Shown: positions 42,262-56,295, counted from the stretch's first letter. The stretch is 64,000 nucleotides of DNA from Octopus vulgaris (GCA_951406725.2 OX597823.1:111104001-111168000); one strand, 5' to 3'. Notes: a model not told the origin generated them from the letters alone. A program made the numbers and translations.

Positions 42262-43751
42262 GTGTTTCCCTAAAACTTGAGATCTACACAACCAATTTCA
42301 TTCAAATTTTACACATGACTTACTTAGAAAAAATGTTCAACTTCTTGCCTAGGGCGAGCCCATAGCAATACCATATCTTCTCCACTATTTCAGTATCACG
42401 TGTTAAAAGGGAAACAAAAACATCTCTCTATTTTATGTCAGATACTTTCACTTTAACAATAAAAATCAGAGATAATAATAACAATTAAATTATATGTAGT
42501 AAGTAATAATTAAAATCAAACTAAAGTATGATATAATAATTAAATCGTAACATAACGATTAATAGTAAAAATAGCAATTGGTATAAAATTGCATCAATGA
42601 CTTGAACTTGAATAAAATTTAAGTGCAGAAATAGAATAGTCCAGATGGAGCTGTGCACGGCTTTTACATTAGATTATTTGCTAATTAGCTAGCATTAAGT
42701 ATCTATATGAAGTTTGGCTGTATGTAATGTCTGTTTTCTCGAATAGATGCTTCTACTGAGTATTGCTGTTGGTTTATTTCTGATCCATAAAGGCCTATAG
42801 CTTCAACAGAGTATTGCTTTTTGATTCACTGAAAGGTTTGTTGTTATTATTATTACTGTTTATTGTTATCACGTTTGTTGGTTCCTCGTAAGGGAAGCGA
42901 TGTTGTGTTGCATTTGTTAAATAATTGTAAACTGCAACCCTCCCCCTTTGGGAGAAAGAGCTTTGGTTATTGTTTAAAAATTGAATTGTGTCCCTGTTTG
43001 GGGAAATTGACAATATTTTCACCGTTTACACGGAAGCAATTTTGTTAAAATGTCTTCGATAGAAGAAAGTCCAAAAATGAATTTCGCTGCAGCCGTTGGC
43101 GGGCGGCGAACTCAGTAAAATTAAAATGGAAGAAATACAAACCTATTTCGGATTGATCACCGACTAAGACGGTGAATCTAGCATAACACCACCAAACGAA
43201 ATAAAAAATTAAATTAAAGAAAAGACTATTGTCTATAAAGTATACAATGTAGAGAAAAAAACGATTTGAACACCTGGAGGAAAGCACCATTGAAAAGTGT
43301 CTTGGTGCGACTATGAAAGGTATCAAGTATCTAACCAGAGGCGGTAAATTCGCCACAATAGAAGCAAGGTTCGAGTCAACGGAGCGTGCAAGGGGGTACT
43401 CGACTCGAACCTTGCAAAGTGGAAATATCTTATTTTTACTTTTATATCAGGGACGTAGGACGTCCCGGATAAAAATTTAAAATGTCCCCCCAGAAGTAGA
43501 GGTAGGCTGGATTGTAGCCACACTTCCATACAAGAGGGAGGACAAGATACAATTGATCGAAATTGCAAGAGACGGGCCTACAATTCCAGTCTGTTATATA
43601 TTTTGAGTATTGTTATCACTAGCGATATTAAGATATAACTTTGTATTTTGTATTTTATTTGTAGATGTATATATATAGACGTACATATAATATGTACACA
43701 TATATAAATGCACTAGCACTATGACCCGGCAACGCCGGGTCATAATGCTAA
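42197..43751 (+). mobile_element. Uninterrupted 1.55 kb non-autonomous Helitron with a captured LINE ORF1 fragment
   Basis: a|TC start, (CTGT)n, hairpin atgacccggcaacgccgggtcat, CTAA|t end (CTRR); GGKFATIEARF..GRR..IKI.NVPPEVE at about 43335-43560. Confidence 0.9.
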
Positions 43752-45400
43752 TTATTTATATTTTTGCGTTATTTATCGCTTTATTTAAGAAGCAATATAG
43801 GTTATAATTATCGTAGATCTAAGTTTCTTTTAATTTTACTTTATTTATCGAGTTCTACCTTCTATAAACTACGTAAATAAGGAACATTATTTGTTAATTA
43901 CTTTGAATAATATTTATATCAGTAACTTTAAATAAATGAGAAGTATTGTTACATTTTATCATTATATTGATAATTACTATGTTATTATTATATATAAATT
44001 ATGTATATTTTCTTTGAGTAATTATAAACATTTGAAAAGTATTGCACATAAATCGATAGTTAGTTGATATACTAGAAATATTATTTAGAGTAATGATTGA
44101 TTTACACGATATATCACCGTCTCTGAAACTAAGTTTAAGAGGCGGTAATATATCGTTTAAGTAGGACTCTGATACTTCATTTATTTATACATTATTATTA
44201 TATATTATTAAAATAGCCAGTGATTGTTTTCGACTGAAATCCATTTGAATTGATATTATTGGAGATATATAGAAACATTTTGAAAGTTGTAGATTTTCTT
44301 TAGTCTGTTATTTTTATTCTTTTGTGGTGCTTGTTATGTACTTGAACAGTTAACGCACACGTCGCAAACAAGTATTTTGAATCAGTATTTTGCAACTTGG
44401 AATTTGGCCTGTCTTTGGAACCAAAAACCGGAAGAGATTTGTATACAAGCATATAAATCAAATAATGTTTATAAATCAAATAATGTAAGTCAAAACAAAT
44501 TGTTGCTTCTTTTGGTTTTTTAATATAATTTTGTATTTTGTCTTATATTTATATTATATTTATGGTATGTTATAATATATTATAAATAAATAAATAAATT
44601 GTTAGATTGTCAATTGTATTTCGCCAATTTATTGTTTATATATGTATAAAGTAACAAACTAAGGAAAAGATTTCCTTCAAAGTGGTGTTTAAAACATCCA
44701 ATTCACTGGTACATCAGTTGAATACGATATAAATATGGGTATAATTCAAACTACAAGCAAGAAATTAAATAGAGAGATACAATTGACAACCCAATAATTT
44801 ATTTATATTATAGGATAATATACTATGGATATAATGTAATATAACATGAACAATTATTAAAAAAACAAAAAGCCAACAATTTGTTTCAACTTATATGCAT
44901 TTTTTGATATATAAACAATTTAATTCCTTTATAAAAGTCTCATCAGAGCCAATGGTTTGAAGATAGACGAAATTCCGTGTGAAAGGACGGCTGGATAGTA
45001 AAAAAATTAATTCAAATGCCTATGTATTGTGAGCTTGAGCGTTAACCATTCAACTACATATCAATTCCAATTAAAAACAATAAAATTATAACGGACAAAA
45101 TAATTAAGTAGAATCTACAACTATCGAAATATATTTCTATATATTTCAAATAATATTAATCCAAACTCGTTTATGTTGAAGACAATCTTTCGCTATTACA
45201 ATAACATACAACAACAATATATATGTATATTATTAAGTATCAGGGTCTTACTTAATCTAGAAGATGTAATAAAACGTGTAAAAAATATAAATGATAATTA
45301 TATTTTTAATATATAACTCTTCTATTTATTTAAAGTTATTGATATAAAGAGGATTGTTTAAAGCAACTAATAAAAAGTTTTCTTTATTTATTTCCTATGG
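43752..45400 (+). mobile_element. Decayed Penelope-like element (5' region to RT), truncated
   Basis: 44756-45385 is the inverted homologue of 47670-48240, which continues into recognisable PLE RT and GIY-YIG; the upstream boundary is approximate. Confidence 0.65.
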
Positions 45401-45573
45401 GAGGGAGAATTCCGTAATGAATATGAATAAAAACCTAACAAAAAATGTATTTGTTTACTTAATTTATCGTAGGGAGAATTCCGCAATAAATATGAAGATA
45501 AATTTAGAGCTACAAACGCTATAACATAAAATACCCCATAGATATAGAGTTAGGCAATAATAATGGATATATA

Positions 45574-45790
45574 TGGTTAGAGCGTCGAGCTTACTATCGT
45601 GAAGTTGTGAGTTTGATTCTCAGACCGGACTGCGTGCTGTGTCCTTGAGAAAGACACTTTATTTCATGTTGCTCCAGTTCACTCAGCTGTACAAATGAGT
45701 TGCGACATCAGTGGAGACAAGCTGTATCGGCCCCTTTGCCTTTCCCTTGGATAACATCGGTGGCGTTGAAATGGGAGGCTCGTATGCAAC
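45574..45790 (+). mobile_element. tRNA-derived SINE family D (V/Meta-like central domain)
   Basis: tggttagagcgtc..gagtttgattct head then tgtgtccttgagaaagacactt..ctccagttcactcagctgtacaaatgagt. Confidence 0.7.
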
Positions 45791-45899
45791 TTCTGGACTT
45801 TCATAAAAAAGAACGGTGAGACGACTATCGACCCAGACTTGTACTCCGGAGGAGAACCTCTCAGGTGCACCCATGGTCATTCTTGAGTGACGGAGTCGA

Positions 45900-46435
45900 G
45901 TTATATATACATATACACATACATATATACATACACAAACACACATATACTTTTACACATATTTCTACATCCATATACAAATATATATACATATATATAT
46001 ATACATATATATATACATATGCAGACATATACATACAAGAAAAACGTACATGTATACAAACATACATATACACATAAATATATATACATATATACTCTAT
46101 GCTCTATAGTCGCATTATCGATAAATGATACACACACACACACATATATATATATACATACATACATATGAATATAGGGACTTACATAAACGTACTTGTA
46201 CACGTAAATATAATGCATACACACACATATATACATACACATACACACATACACACATGCACACACACACACGCACACACACACACATATACATATACAA
46301 ATACATACATATGCATAACTACATATATATATAGCATCAGATAGAAATACAAACAACACATCCCATGTATACAAATACATACACATATATACACATGCAT
46401 ACATATAAATGGATACATACAAGTACAGATATACA
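45900..46435. repeat. Degenerate (TA)/(CA) microsatellite block
   Basis: Read directly. Confidence 0.9.
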
Positions 46436-46499
46436 AACTTAAAATTTTCTAAACACATATTTAGACAAGTGTGTACAGGATAGAACACTTTCACATCTT

Positions 46500-48239
46500 T
46501 CATTAAGCAATTTCTTTTTAGATGTTAATATCTGATATAATTAATTTTTCATAGGCTGTCTAGCATCATTTATTTTGTATGATCTAATGATCTAGCATGA
46601 CTGTTTTCCAGTTTATGTTGTATAGTTTCTTAATGTCCTTCAGTTTCCAAATTTGCTTACTTAGACTAATATTGTCAAACCTATCTCTACGCCTAAAGGT
46701 GTGCTCATGGTTTGCAGTCCGTTTTTTTATAAAATTTCCCGTTGACCCTATGTAAAAATGTTTTTTTCGTTTCGAATCCACCTTACTTCTATATACAATA
46801 TTGTTTCTGTAAACAAAGATTACTAAAATGACATTCATCCTTATATCTATAATCACAATTTCTAGCTAGACCATTCCCTGTAATAGTATTATTATTTCTA
46901 TTATTTCTAAATTTTTATTATCAAAGGAAAAGAAAATTCTAAAAACATGTTTAGATACTGAAAAACTTATTCAAATCCTTTCTCTATTAATTATTTTATA
47001 ATATTTATGTTCTTCCTTAAAGTGCTTAGATATGGATCTGTAAAAGTTTGACCAAATTCGTTTTTATTTGCCGTGCGTAAGGAATGATATGCCAAATATA
47101 ATTATCTTTATTATAATTAGCATCATTAAGTATATCTGGGTTCGCATATGGCGTATACTTATTATCATTAGACTGAAGTTTTATTTATATACCTATTTTT
47201 ATACAGAGTATATTTACTATACGTGCTCCTATTGAGATTATTACTATTGTTAATCATATCATTACTACTTACAAACAAATTGGATACATTTCTACAATTA
47301 GATCTACTCACTTTGTTGTCAATAAATTTTCCATTATTATAATAAGGTTTATTGGAGTTCCCATTCTTAATACAATATACTATTATATTCCAGTATCCTA
47401 CCTTTTTAAGTGCATCATTATAATATTCGGCATTATTATTAAAGATTTCATCATTAGAGGATAAATATGAAGCACGTTTCCAAATGTTATTAATCAAAGT
47501 TCTTGCGATCGCTTTAGGATGGTTATTATGAAAGTTGATATATTTTAAATTATAGTTGGATTTATGATATGGACTGTATAGGCCAGTAACAAGGTTCAGA
47601 TTAACATCCAGGTAATTAACTGAATCATGTTCATTTTCTATAGAGATAGATAAATAAACCAAATCATTTAAAGAACACTTTTTATAGGCTATTTTAAATA
47701 GCCTTTTTTTATATCAATAACTTTAATAAATAGAAGAGTTATCATATATTAAAAATATAACTAATATTTATATTTTTTACACGTTTTATTACAGTTTCTA
47801 GATTATACTTAATTATATAATATTTTGGATTAATATTATTTGAAATATATAGAAATATATTTCGACAGTTGTAGATTCTACTTAATTATTTTGTCCGTTA
47901 AAATTTTGTTGTTTTTAATTGGAATTGATATTTAGTCGAATGGCTAACGCTCACGCGCATAATAGATAGGTATTTAGATTAATCTTTTTACAATCTAGCC
48001 ATCCTTTCACACGGAATTTCGTCAATCTTCAAACCAATGGCTCTGATGAGACTTTTATAAGGTAATTGACTTGTTTATATATCAAAAGATGTATATAAGT
48101 TGAAACAAATTACTGGCTTTTTGTTTTTTTAAATAATTGTTCATGTTATATTATACTATATTCGTAGTATATTATGTTAAATTATAATATAAATAAATTA
48201 TTGAGTTGTCATTTGTATCTATCTGCTTAATTTATTGTT

Positions 48240-48240
<1 letters not shown>
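46500..48240 (-). mobile_element. Penelope-like element: RT thumb plus GIY-YIG endonuclease, disrupted
   Basis: ORF 47168-47662 VNYLDVNLNL..YSPYHK..YINFHNNHPK; ORF 46584-46856 NIVYR..FYIGSTG..KKRTANHEHTF..SLSKQIWKLK. Confidence 0.9.
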
Positions 48241-48270
<30 letters not shown>

Positions 48271-48917
48271 GGGTGCTGGACGTCACCAACAGTAAACAAC
48301 ATGAAAACTTGAAATACGAAAACAAATTAATTAAATACGCAAACAACAAGAAAAAAATGGAAAGCAGGACAAGTGATACAGAGAACGACCCTTTATCAGT
48401 TATCGGCTGTCTCTCTACTCCTCAATTCGTGCAATCTACAACAATATGAGTCTTCGAAGACCATTGATCCCATAAATACAAAAATAAAATTTTGGATTTG
48501 TGGAGGGTCAAATCAGGACAGTGGAGACAAACAAGGAAACTGAACTTAAACAAACATGGGGAGTTGTTAGACGAGAACGAGGAGTAAATAGGGAACGCTG
48601 AGAGAAATATTTTCTTTGAAAAAAGAAAAGATAAAAGAGAGCAATAGAAGACGTCTAGTCCTTAGAACGTCCGTGCAGGAAAAGAAATATGGTCACGTAT
48701 GGAAAAGAAGATGGATGATGGTCACGTGTGAGCAACGAGAGAGAGAAAAGAGAAAGAAGGGGATAGAGAAACAGATAGAAAACAGTGAATGGGAGAAAAT
48801 GGAATCAAAGAAGGTGGGGGAGAAGACATTATAGAGTAGAATCGCAGCAAAACGGTTAAGAGAAACGTGGCGTTCAATGAAATAACAATATAAATAATGT
48901 ATATATGTATATATATA

Positions 48918-48994
48918 CTTTATTTAAAGCAGCAGAAAATTCTACAAAACAAAAACTTTTTTTTTTGTAGAATTTTCTGCTGCTTTAAATAAAG
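48918..48994. repeat. Perfect 32-bp-stem hairpin next to (TA)n
   Basis: ctttatttaaagcagcagaaaattctacaaaa pairs with ttttgtagaattttctgctgctttaaataaag. Confidence 0.95.
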
Positions 48995-49065
48995 CATATT
49001 ACTCTACCACTGGTATTTGAGTACTCTTTTTTCCCACCTTGTTTCACATTTATGTGTTTACTCCG

Positions 49066-49114
<49 letters not shown>

Positions 49115-49611
49115 CATAGGACATCATCAAAAGTACACACCAGGAAATACGAATACAAATGAGTTAAATACACAAACAACATAAGAAAAAATGGAAAACA
49201 GGACACATATATAAAATGAACAATAAAAGGAATACTACAGAGTAAACAAAGGTCGATAAATAAGCTAAAAGCTTTAATACTTTAATGAAGAAGAAAGTCT
49301 CCTAATGTTTAGGATGTTAGCCCTTCATTGGAAGAAGGAAAAAAGCATCAGTGGAGTGAAAAATAAAAATAATCATTAAAAAACTGGGCAAGGGTTAGAA
49401 ATCTGGTGAGAATGCTATGTACAAGGGAATTAAGGAGAATGAAAGGGTTTGATGAGTAGAGGAAATATAAGAGTATATTTGGGTCTAGAAGTGGATATAA
49501 GGAGTGGTGGTAGTGGTGTGTGTGTGTATGTGTTATTGTGGGGAATGTACATGTATAGAAGTTTAAAAGTGTGGAAGTGTAGTCGTGTTCCCAAGCGGTA
49601 TGTGTGTCATT

Positions 49612-49845
49612 GAAGGCAGCGAGCTGGCAGAATCATTAGCATGCCGGGCAAAATGCGTAGTCGTATATCGTCTGCCGTTACGTTCTGAGTTCAAATTCCG
49701 CCGTGGTCGACTTTGCTTTTCATCCTTTCGGGGTCGATAAATTAAGTACCAGTTACGCGCTGGTGTCGATGTAATCGACTTAATCCGTTTGTCTGTCCTT
49801 GTTTGTCCCCTCTATGTTTAGCCCCTTGTGGGTAATAAAGAAACA
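49612..49845 (+). mobile_element. SINE family A, full length, with 15-bp TSD
   Basis: ggtatgtgtgtcatt at 49597-49611 and 49846-49860. Confidence 0.92.
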
Positions 49846-50657
49846 GGTATGTGTGTCATTATTTGCTGGGATGATAAAAGAGTGTATATGAGGAGGTGAT
49901 AAGTGGTGTATGCTGGAATAAGGGTATTGTTAAGAACCTGGTTTAGCAAGAATAATGTGGAAGCCGTTGTCAATGCATGTGCAAGCATTTATCAAAAGTG
50001 AGTAGGGATGTGAAGGATTAAATTAAAATTTGAAAATGAGAGAAAGCTGTATGAATTCTACAGAAAAACAAAGTCAAAGAAATTGGAAAAAATGTCAATA
50101 ATGGCAAAGCTCCAAAGAGTTTGGTAAACTGTCCAGAGTATTCCAAAAATCTGGTAAAATCCATAAAGAGAAAGAAATATTTGTGATTGAAAATCTAGTA
50201 AAATCTACATAATGGAAATAACTGTGATGAATTCTAAATATAATAATATACTAAGGCCAAATGCATCGCGTGGTTAGCTGAAGGGAGAGGCAACGAATGA
50301 TAGAAAAAGACAGTGGGAGAAAAGTGTTAATGATGTGTTGTAGTTTGGGGAGGAAAAGGTGAAGAGAAAGAAAGAAATGTTAAAGACATGAAGAGAGGAA
50401 TTACATGGTTAAAAAGTGCTTAGCAGGGGGAAATTTTAAAATCATATAATATATTATTTTGACTGGAAGTGAAATAACTTAGGAAAATAGAAATAAAAAC
50501 CATCCTTTCTTTCTTAAATAGCTTCTCTTAATCTTTATAGTTTGGTTGAATTCCCACAGGTCCCACTAATACATACATACATACATATATATATATATAT
50601 GTATAGATGGATATATATGTATAGATGGATATATATATATATATATAAACACACACG

Positions 50658-50713
<56 letters not shown>

Positions 50714-51151
50714 ATCTGTTTGTTCTTTCACTCGTTATAGATTAGTTAGTTCGAAAGGTGAAGGTGATGTGAGTGAGAGGTGAAGAAGGATGTTGATAGA
50801 GAGAGAGGGAGGAGTGAAGAAAGATGAGAAGTAGAAAAAGGTGATTAATATTAATACACTTAGGCCCAGTGGTCATTTGGTCAGTTGAAGGTAAAGGCAA
50901 AGAATCAGAGAAAAAGGAGAAAGAAGTGTTAATGGCATAGAGTGGGGTGGGGAAGAAATATTTATTACATAGTTAAAAAGTTAGCTGAAGGGAGAGGCAG
51001 ATAGAGAGAGATGGTAGTTATATTGAGAGAATGAGAGAAAGAGAGAGGGAGAGAAAGAGAGAGAGAGAGGCAGATAGCAGTGGTGGGGGTGGTGTGTTGA
51101 TATCGAAAAGTATATTTTTATTGAACTAATTTTTTTATAGCGACCATTGCA

Positions 51152-51568
51152 TACTCTTTTACTCTTTTACTTGTTTCAGTCATTTGACTGCAACCATGCT
51201 GGAGCACCGCCTTTAGTCGAGCAAATTGACCCCGGGACTTATTTTTTGTAAGCCCAGTACTTATCCTATTGGTCTCTTTTTGCCGGAACCGCTAAGTGAC
51301 GGGGACATAAACACACCAGTATCGGTTGTCAAGCAATGCTAGGGGGACAAACACAGACACACAAACACATACACACACATACATATATATATATACATAT
51401 ATACAACAGTCTTCTTTCAGTTTGCGTCTACCAAATCCACTCACAAGGCATTGGTCGGCCCGGGGCTATAGCAGAAGACACTCTGCCCAAGGTGCCACGC
51501 AGTGGGACTGAACCCAGAACCATGTGGTTGGTAAGCAAGCTACTTACCACACAGCCACTCCTGCGCCT
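51152..51568 (-). mobile_element. SINE family B, full length
   Basis: Collinear with other family B copies. Confidence 0.9.
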
Positions 51569-51984
51569 ATGCATAATTTAGCCTAAACTCTGGATTCACA
51601 AGAAACACGGTTGCAAGCTGCTCGAGGAAGGATGCACAGATATAGAGAGCATGGGTCAGAGAGGAAGTGTGAGGAGATAAAAAGAGGAGAAAGACAAATC
51701 CGGGGGGTACTTGATGAAAGGAATGTCGATGAATATAAAGAATATTTAAAGAAAGCTAAATTATGAATGCTATAAAAATGCAAATCATTCCTTCTTTCTT
51801 AAATAGGGCCTCTTAATTTCTTTCCATTCTGTAGAATTTTCATGGGTCCTACTACTATATATATACAAACATACACATATAATATGTTAATATATACCTG
51901 ATAATCTGGGTTCCCTGTTAACAAAGTTGATCTCTTAACATACATCAATAGTTGATCTGTTTGAATCAGAAGTCTTTTTTCATA

Positions 51985-52391
51985 TACTCTTTTACTCTTT
52001 TACTTGTTTCAGTCATTTGACTGTGGCCATGCTGGAGCACCACCTTTAGTCAGGCAAATCGACCCCAGGACTTATTCTTTGTAAGCCTAGTACTTATTCT
52101 ATCGGGCTCTTTTGCCAAACCGCTAAGTGACGGGGATGTCAACACACCAGCATCGGTTGTCAAGCGATGTTGGGGGAACAAACATATACACACACACATA
52201 CATATATATATACATATACATATATACGACTGGCTTCTTTCAGTTTCTGTCTACCAAATCCACTCACAAGGCTTTGGTTGGCCCTGAGGCTATAGTAGAA
52301 GACGCTTGCCCAAGGTGCCACGCAGTGGGATTGAACCCGGAACCATGTGGTTGGTAAGTAAGCTTCTTACCACACAGCCATTCCCATACCT
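51985..52391 (-). mobile_element. SINE family B, full length
   Basis: Collinear with other family B copies. Confidence 0.9.
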
Positions 52392-52589
52392 AATTCAAAC
52401 AACTTACATATGAAAAGCATTATTCATCATAATATATGCCATCATATTCTATTGGGTGTTGCCATTGTCGTATCAGAAGCTCAACTCCACATTTATACTA
52501 TTTGGGTGGTTTAGAGGCAAAAAATCCCTGCACCCAATTTGAACATCAGGCACATTATTGAGCTTCTGTAAGTGCAAGAAATGAGCCAT

Positions 52590-52810
52590 GGTTCAGTAAA
52601 GATGGTAACCTGATGGTGAAAGGTCTGGACGTAAGGCACAGTGATGCAGCATTTCCAGTCCCTCAAGTTTCTCACGTTTATATATATTCATATATATGTG
52701 TATCGGGGCAATGTTGTGCCAAATGCGTGCCCATTTTTGATTGACCAATGCTGGATAGCAGGCTTTCAAAACAACATACACTTGCTGTAGTTGTTGAGTA
52801 TAAGGGTTAC
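52590..52810 (-). pseudogene. Mariner (DD34D) transposase C-terminal fragment
   Basis: WHNIAPIH..EKLEGLEMLHH..RPDLSPSGYHLY corresponds to mariner HDNARPH..HP.YSPDLAPSDYHLF. Confidence 0.8.
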
Positions 52811-52929
52811 CGTTCATAGCATGAGCATCTGGGGGCAATCTCAGCATATCTAGTACTACGACTATAGCTATAATACTATAACTTATAACTCCTATTAAGG
52901 ATCTCATGATATTTATGATTTATAGAAAA

Positions 52930-53237
52930 CTAGCAGTATCGCCCGGTGTTGCACGGGTTTGTAAGGGAAATAACTATATAAGCATTTTTAGAGAGTTACT
53001 TCCCTTATATAAACCGAGCAAAAAATGCATTAAAAATGCGAAAAAATGATGGTAATTTTTTTTATAATCGTAGACTCATCGTAGACGCGCGCTAGTACCC
53101 AGAAGGGCTCGATATGAATCACGACTATAAGATACTCGCTTTTGGTTAAACTGTACCGCAAAATGTGGGAGTAGTTAGGAATCTAAATCGGAGGAGACAT
53201 ACTCTCACACACACAACTTCAGTTTTATATATAAAGA
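52930..53237 (-). mobile_element. Short (308 bp) non-autonomous Helitron
   Basis: Minus 5' tctttatatataaaactg; 3' hairpin cccgtgcaacaccggg then CTAG; inserted between a and t. Confidence 0.85.
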
Positions 53238-53840
53238 TTTGGTGTCTATTACAGAAAACAGTCAAGCTATAGACACTTCTTTTCTCTGGCAGAGATTATA
53301 TTTAAACTTTAATAACTAATCTTACCATTAAACAAATGCTTTAGTTATCTCTGCCTACAGGAAAGTGTGTCTAATGAGAGATAAAAATTCCTTGATTTGT
53401 TCATAGAGGCATTTTTATTTTTTGACTGATGGACTTAAAGAAGTTAATTTACTTACCCTAATTCTCTTCATATACATTACTCACTAATCCTCTCCTTACT
53501 AACAGCATTTTCTAAAGGGAAGCAGCTCTACTGAATATCTTGATCTCTCTCAACCTCTGAGGATACACTGGAGATTCTTCTGGTTCTGGTAAATACGATT
53601 AATTTGAACAATATTTAAAGATCAGTCGAGAAAATCAGCCTTCTCTAGAATTCTTGGCTGTCTCAACACTTAGATTTACAGCATGTGAAAGATAGAACTT
53701 ATTTTTACATCAGTAAAATTTTGAGCAATGTGTATATAAGTCAAAAATTGTTAATATAAATTTATATGCAGTGATACATATTAAATGTATACTTATATCA
53801 CATACACATAAAATGTATACATATATATATATATATATAT

Positions 53841-53972
53841 ATCACAATCAAGAACGCCATAATAGGCCATTCACCCACTAGAAATAACAGCCAAAAGCTT
53901 TAACCTTTTAAAGCTTTTGGCTGTTATTTCTAGTGGGTGAATGGCCTATTATGGCCGTTCCTTGATTGTGAT
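53841..53972. repeat. Near-perfect palindrome (about 63-bp stem, 4-nt loop)
   Basis: Inner 48 bp are perfect with 2 single-base indels outside; loop cctt at 53904-53907. Confidence 0.95.
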
Positions 53973-54003
53973 GTTGAAGTCAAAAATTGTTAATATATTT
54001 TCC

Positions 54004-54034
<31 letters not shown>

Positions 54035-54203
54035 CATATATACATATATATATATAAACATGCACAGACATGTGCACATACATACACACATTTATATACA
54101 TATATACACATAGATATACATACATACATATGCATATATATATACATACACATATATACATATATATATAAACATGCACAGATGCGTGCACACACATGTA
54201 CAC

Positions 54204-54244
<41 letters not shown>

Positions 54245-54440
54245 GATATATATACATACTCTCACATATACATACATCCGTATACATATATACGTATATA
54301 AAGATATACATACACACACACCTATGATATACATACAAAATACAAACTCAATGAGTGAAATTGTTCCTATTTCTTTATCTTCTGTCTTTAGCTATGTAAA
54401 CTGCAATATACACGAATATATATAAGTGTGTGTGTGTGTG

Positions 54441-54485
<45 letters not shown>

Positions 54486-54718
54486 CACATAATTCAACAG
54501 TTCTTATTGGGAAAATCAAATTTACTTCTATATCCTCTCCAGTAATTAAACTACTCTCTCACATCAATATCCAAAACATTGTCACTAGCAACTGAAATTT
54601 ACCATTCCATCTACGTCTCTCTTATATTAATATAAAACAATAAAAGATGGAATTATCGCCAAAGATATTACTTGCAATAGACACAAGTGGGACACTTCCT
54701 GAAATCAATATATATACA

Positions 54719-54752
<34 letters not shown>

Positions 54753-54988
54753 CATACATACATACAAATATACATATACATATATATATGTATGTATATA
54801 TATACATATATATAATATGTATTTGTGTTGGTATGTATTACACTGTCTTTATTTTTGCCTTGGTGTTTATGTATATATATATATATGTGTGAATGCGTAT
54901 AATAAATATATATATACATGTACTTAGGCACACATATATATATCTCTGTATATACGTATATGTATATTTGCATTTATATAGATACACG

Positions 54989-55040
<52 letters not shown>

Positions 55041-55429
55041 CACTCCCAAGAGATTCTTAAACATTTTAGTAATGCTGAAGCAATTCCAAAAGAGAACCCA
55101 GCCATCTTACCGCCATACCATACCTACACTAGCATTGAAATTTCCGATCTCAGGTACGAAACTATTTCCAGATGGCAGACCAGATCGAACGTTTTAGCTG
55201 AGACATATTCCATCATGTGTATCCACAATTACTCCAGGCCTCAGTAAATTCGTTCAGCAAATTTACGTATCATCTCACAGAAGGGCATGACTCTATTTCG
55301 AATTCTCATAAATTAAACGGCTCCCGTCTCACTTGTCAATTATTCTTAACCTTACTTGGAGTCATTGAGGGGTTGGTAAGTACTCCAATATATAATTCTC
55401 TACTCTCGCTAATTTAGTTACGCAAAAAA

Positions 55430-55490
55430 TGTTGTTGTTGTTGTTGTTGTCACTGCTGCTATTATTATTATTGCTATTCTTATTGTTTTT

Positions 55491-55576
<86 letters not shown>

Positions 55577-55680
55577 TATCATCATCATTATTATTATCAT
55601 CATTATTATTATCATCATCATCATTATGATTATTATTATTATTATTGTTATTATTATTATTATTATCATTATTATTATTA
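55430..55680. repeat. (GTT)/(ATC)/(ATT) compound microsatellite
   Basis: Read directly. Confidence 0.95.
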
Positions 55681-56070
55681 CAGAATTTTATTTTTGATTG
55701 AGTATTGGATCCCTATGATGTTTTGAGGCCGTTTATTTATTTATTTATTTTTACCATATGCGAAATATTGAGAGGAGAAGGGACAGTGTTCATGTTCTTT
55801 GCAGTTCCACCCTGTCTAGTTAGATAGATATGACCGATACCCACTCTGAACAAACATCTCTGGGTCAATATCTACACAAAAAAATAAACTGAAACTGATC
55901 TTATTGCTGTATGGCCCTAACTTAATCCTGATTGAATAGTCATATAGCCAAGGGTATTCCAGTTGAAGTCATTCTCTTTTTCCATTTTATAAAGGGAACA
56001 AAAGATCACATTATCAAACCTATACACCACCACCACCACCACAATAATCATTATCCTCATCATCATTTAA

Positions 56071-56291
56071 CCCTTTGGTGTTTAAGCCAGCCATATCCAG
56101 CCCAAATATCCTACATGTTTTACATTCAAACTGGCCATATCTGGCCCCTCACACCTAGCCTACATTGACATTCTAAGAATAAACTATCACACCACTGAAA
56201 CTTCAAACTGTAAGATAATGTATGATTAATGCAAAACAATTTGAGTGAAAAAAAGTTTTACATTTAACAGATTAATCTGAACTCTAAAGGG
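56071..56291. mobile_element. piggyBac-like MITE inserted in a family C tail
   Basis: TTAA|cccttt ... aaaggg|TTAA (TSD at 56067-56070 and 56292-56295). Confidence 0.75.
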
Positions 56292-56295
56292 TTAA

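Noticed and set aside
48043-48052. ctgatga hammerhead core word
   Set aside because: Antisense to the PLE RT coding region, with no stem II or GAAA at proper spacing
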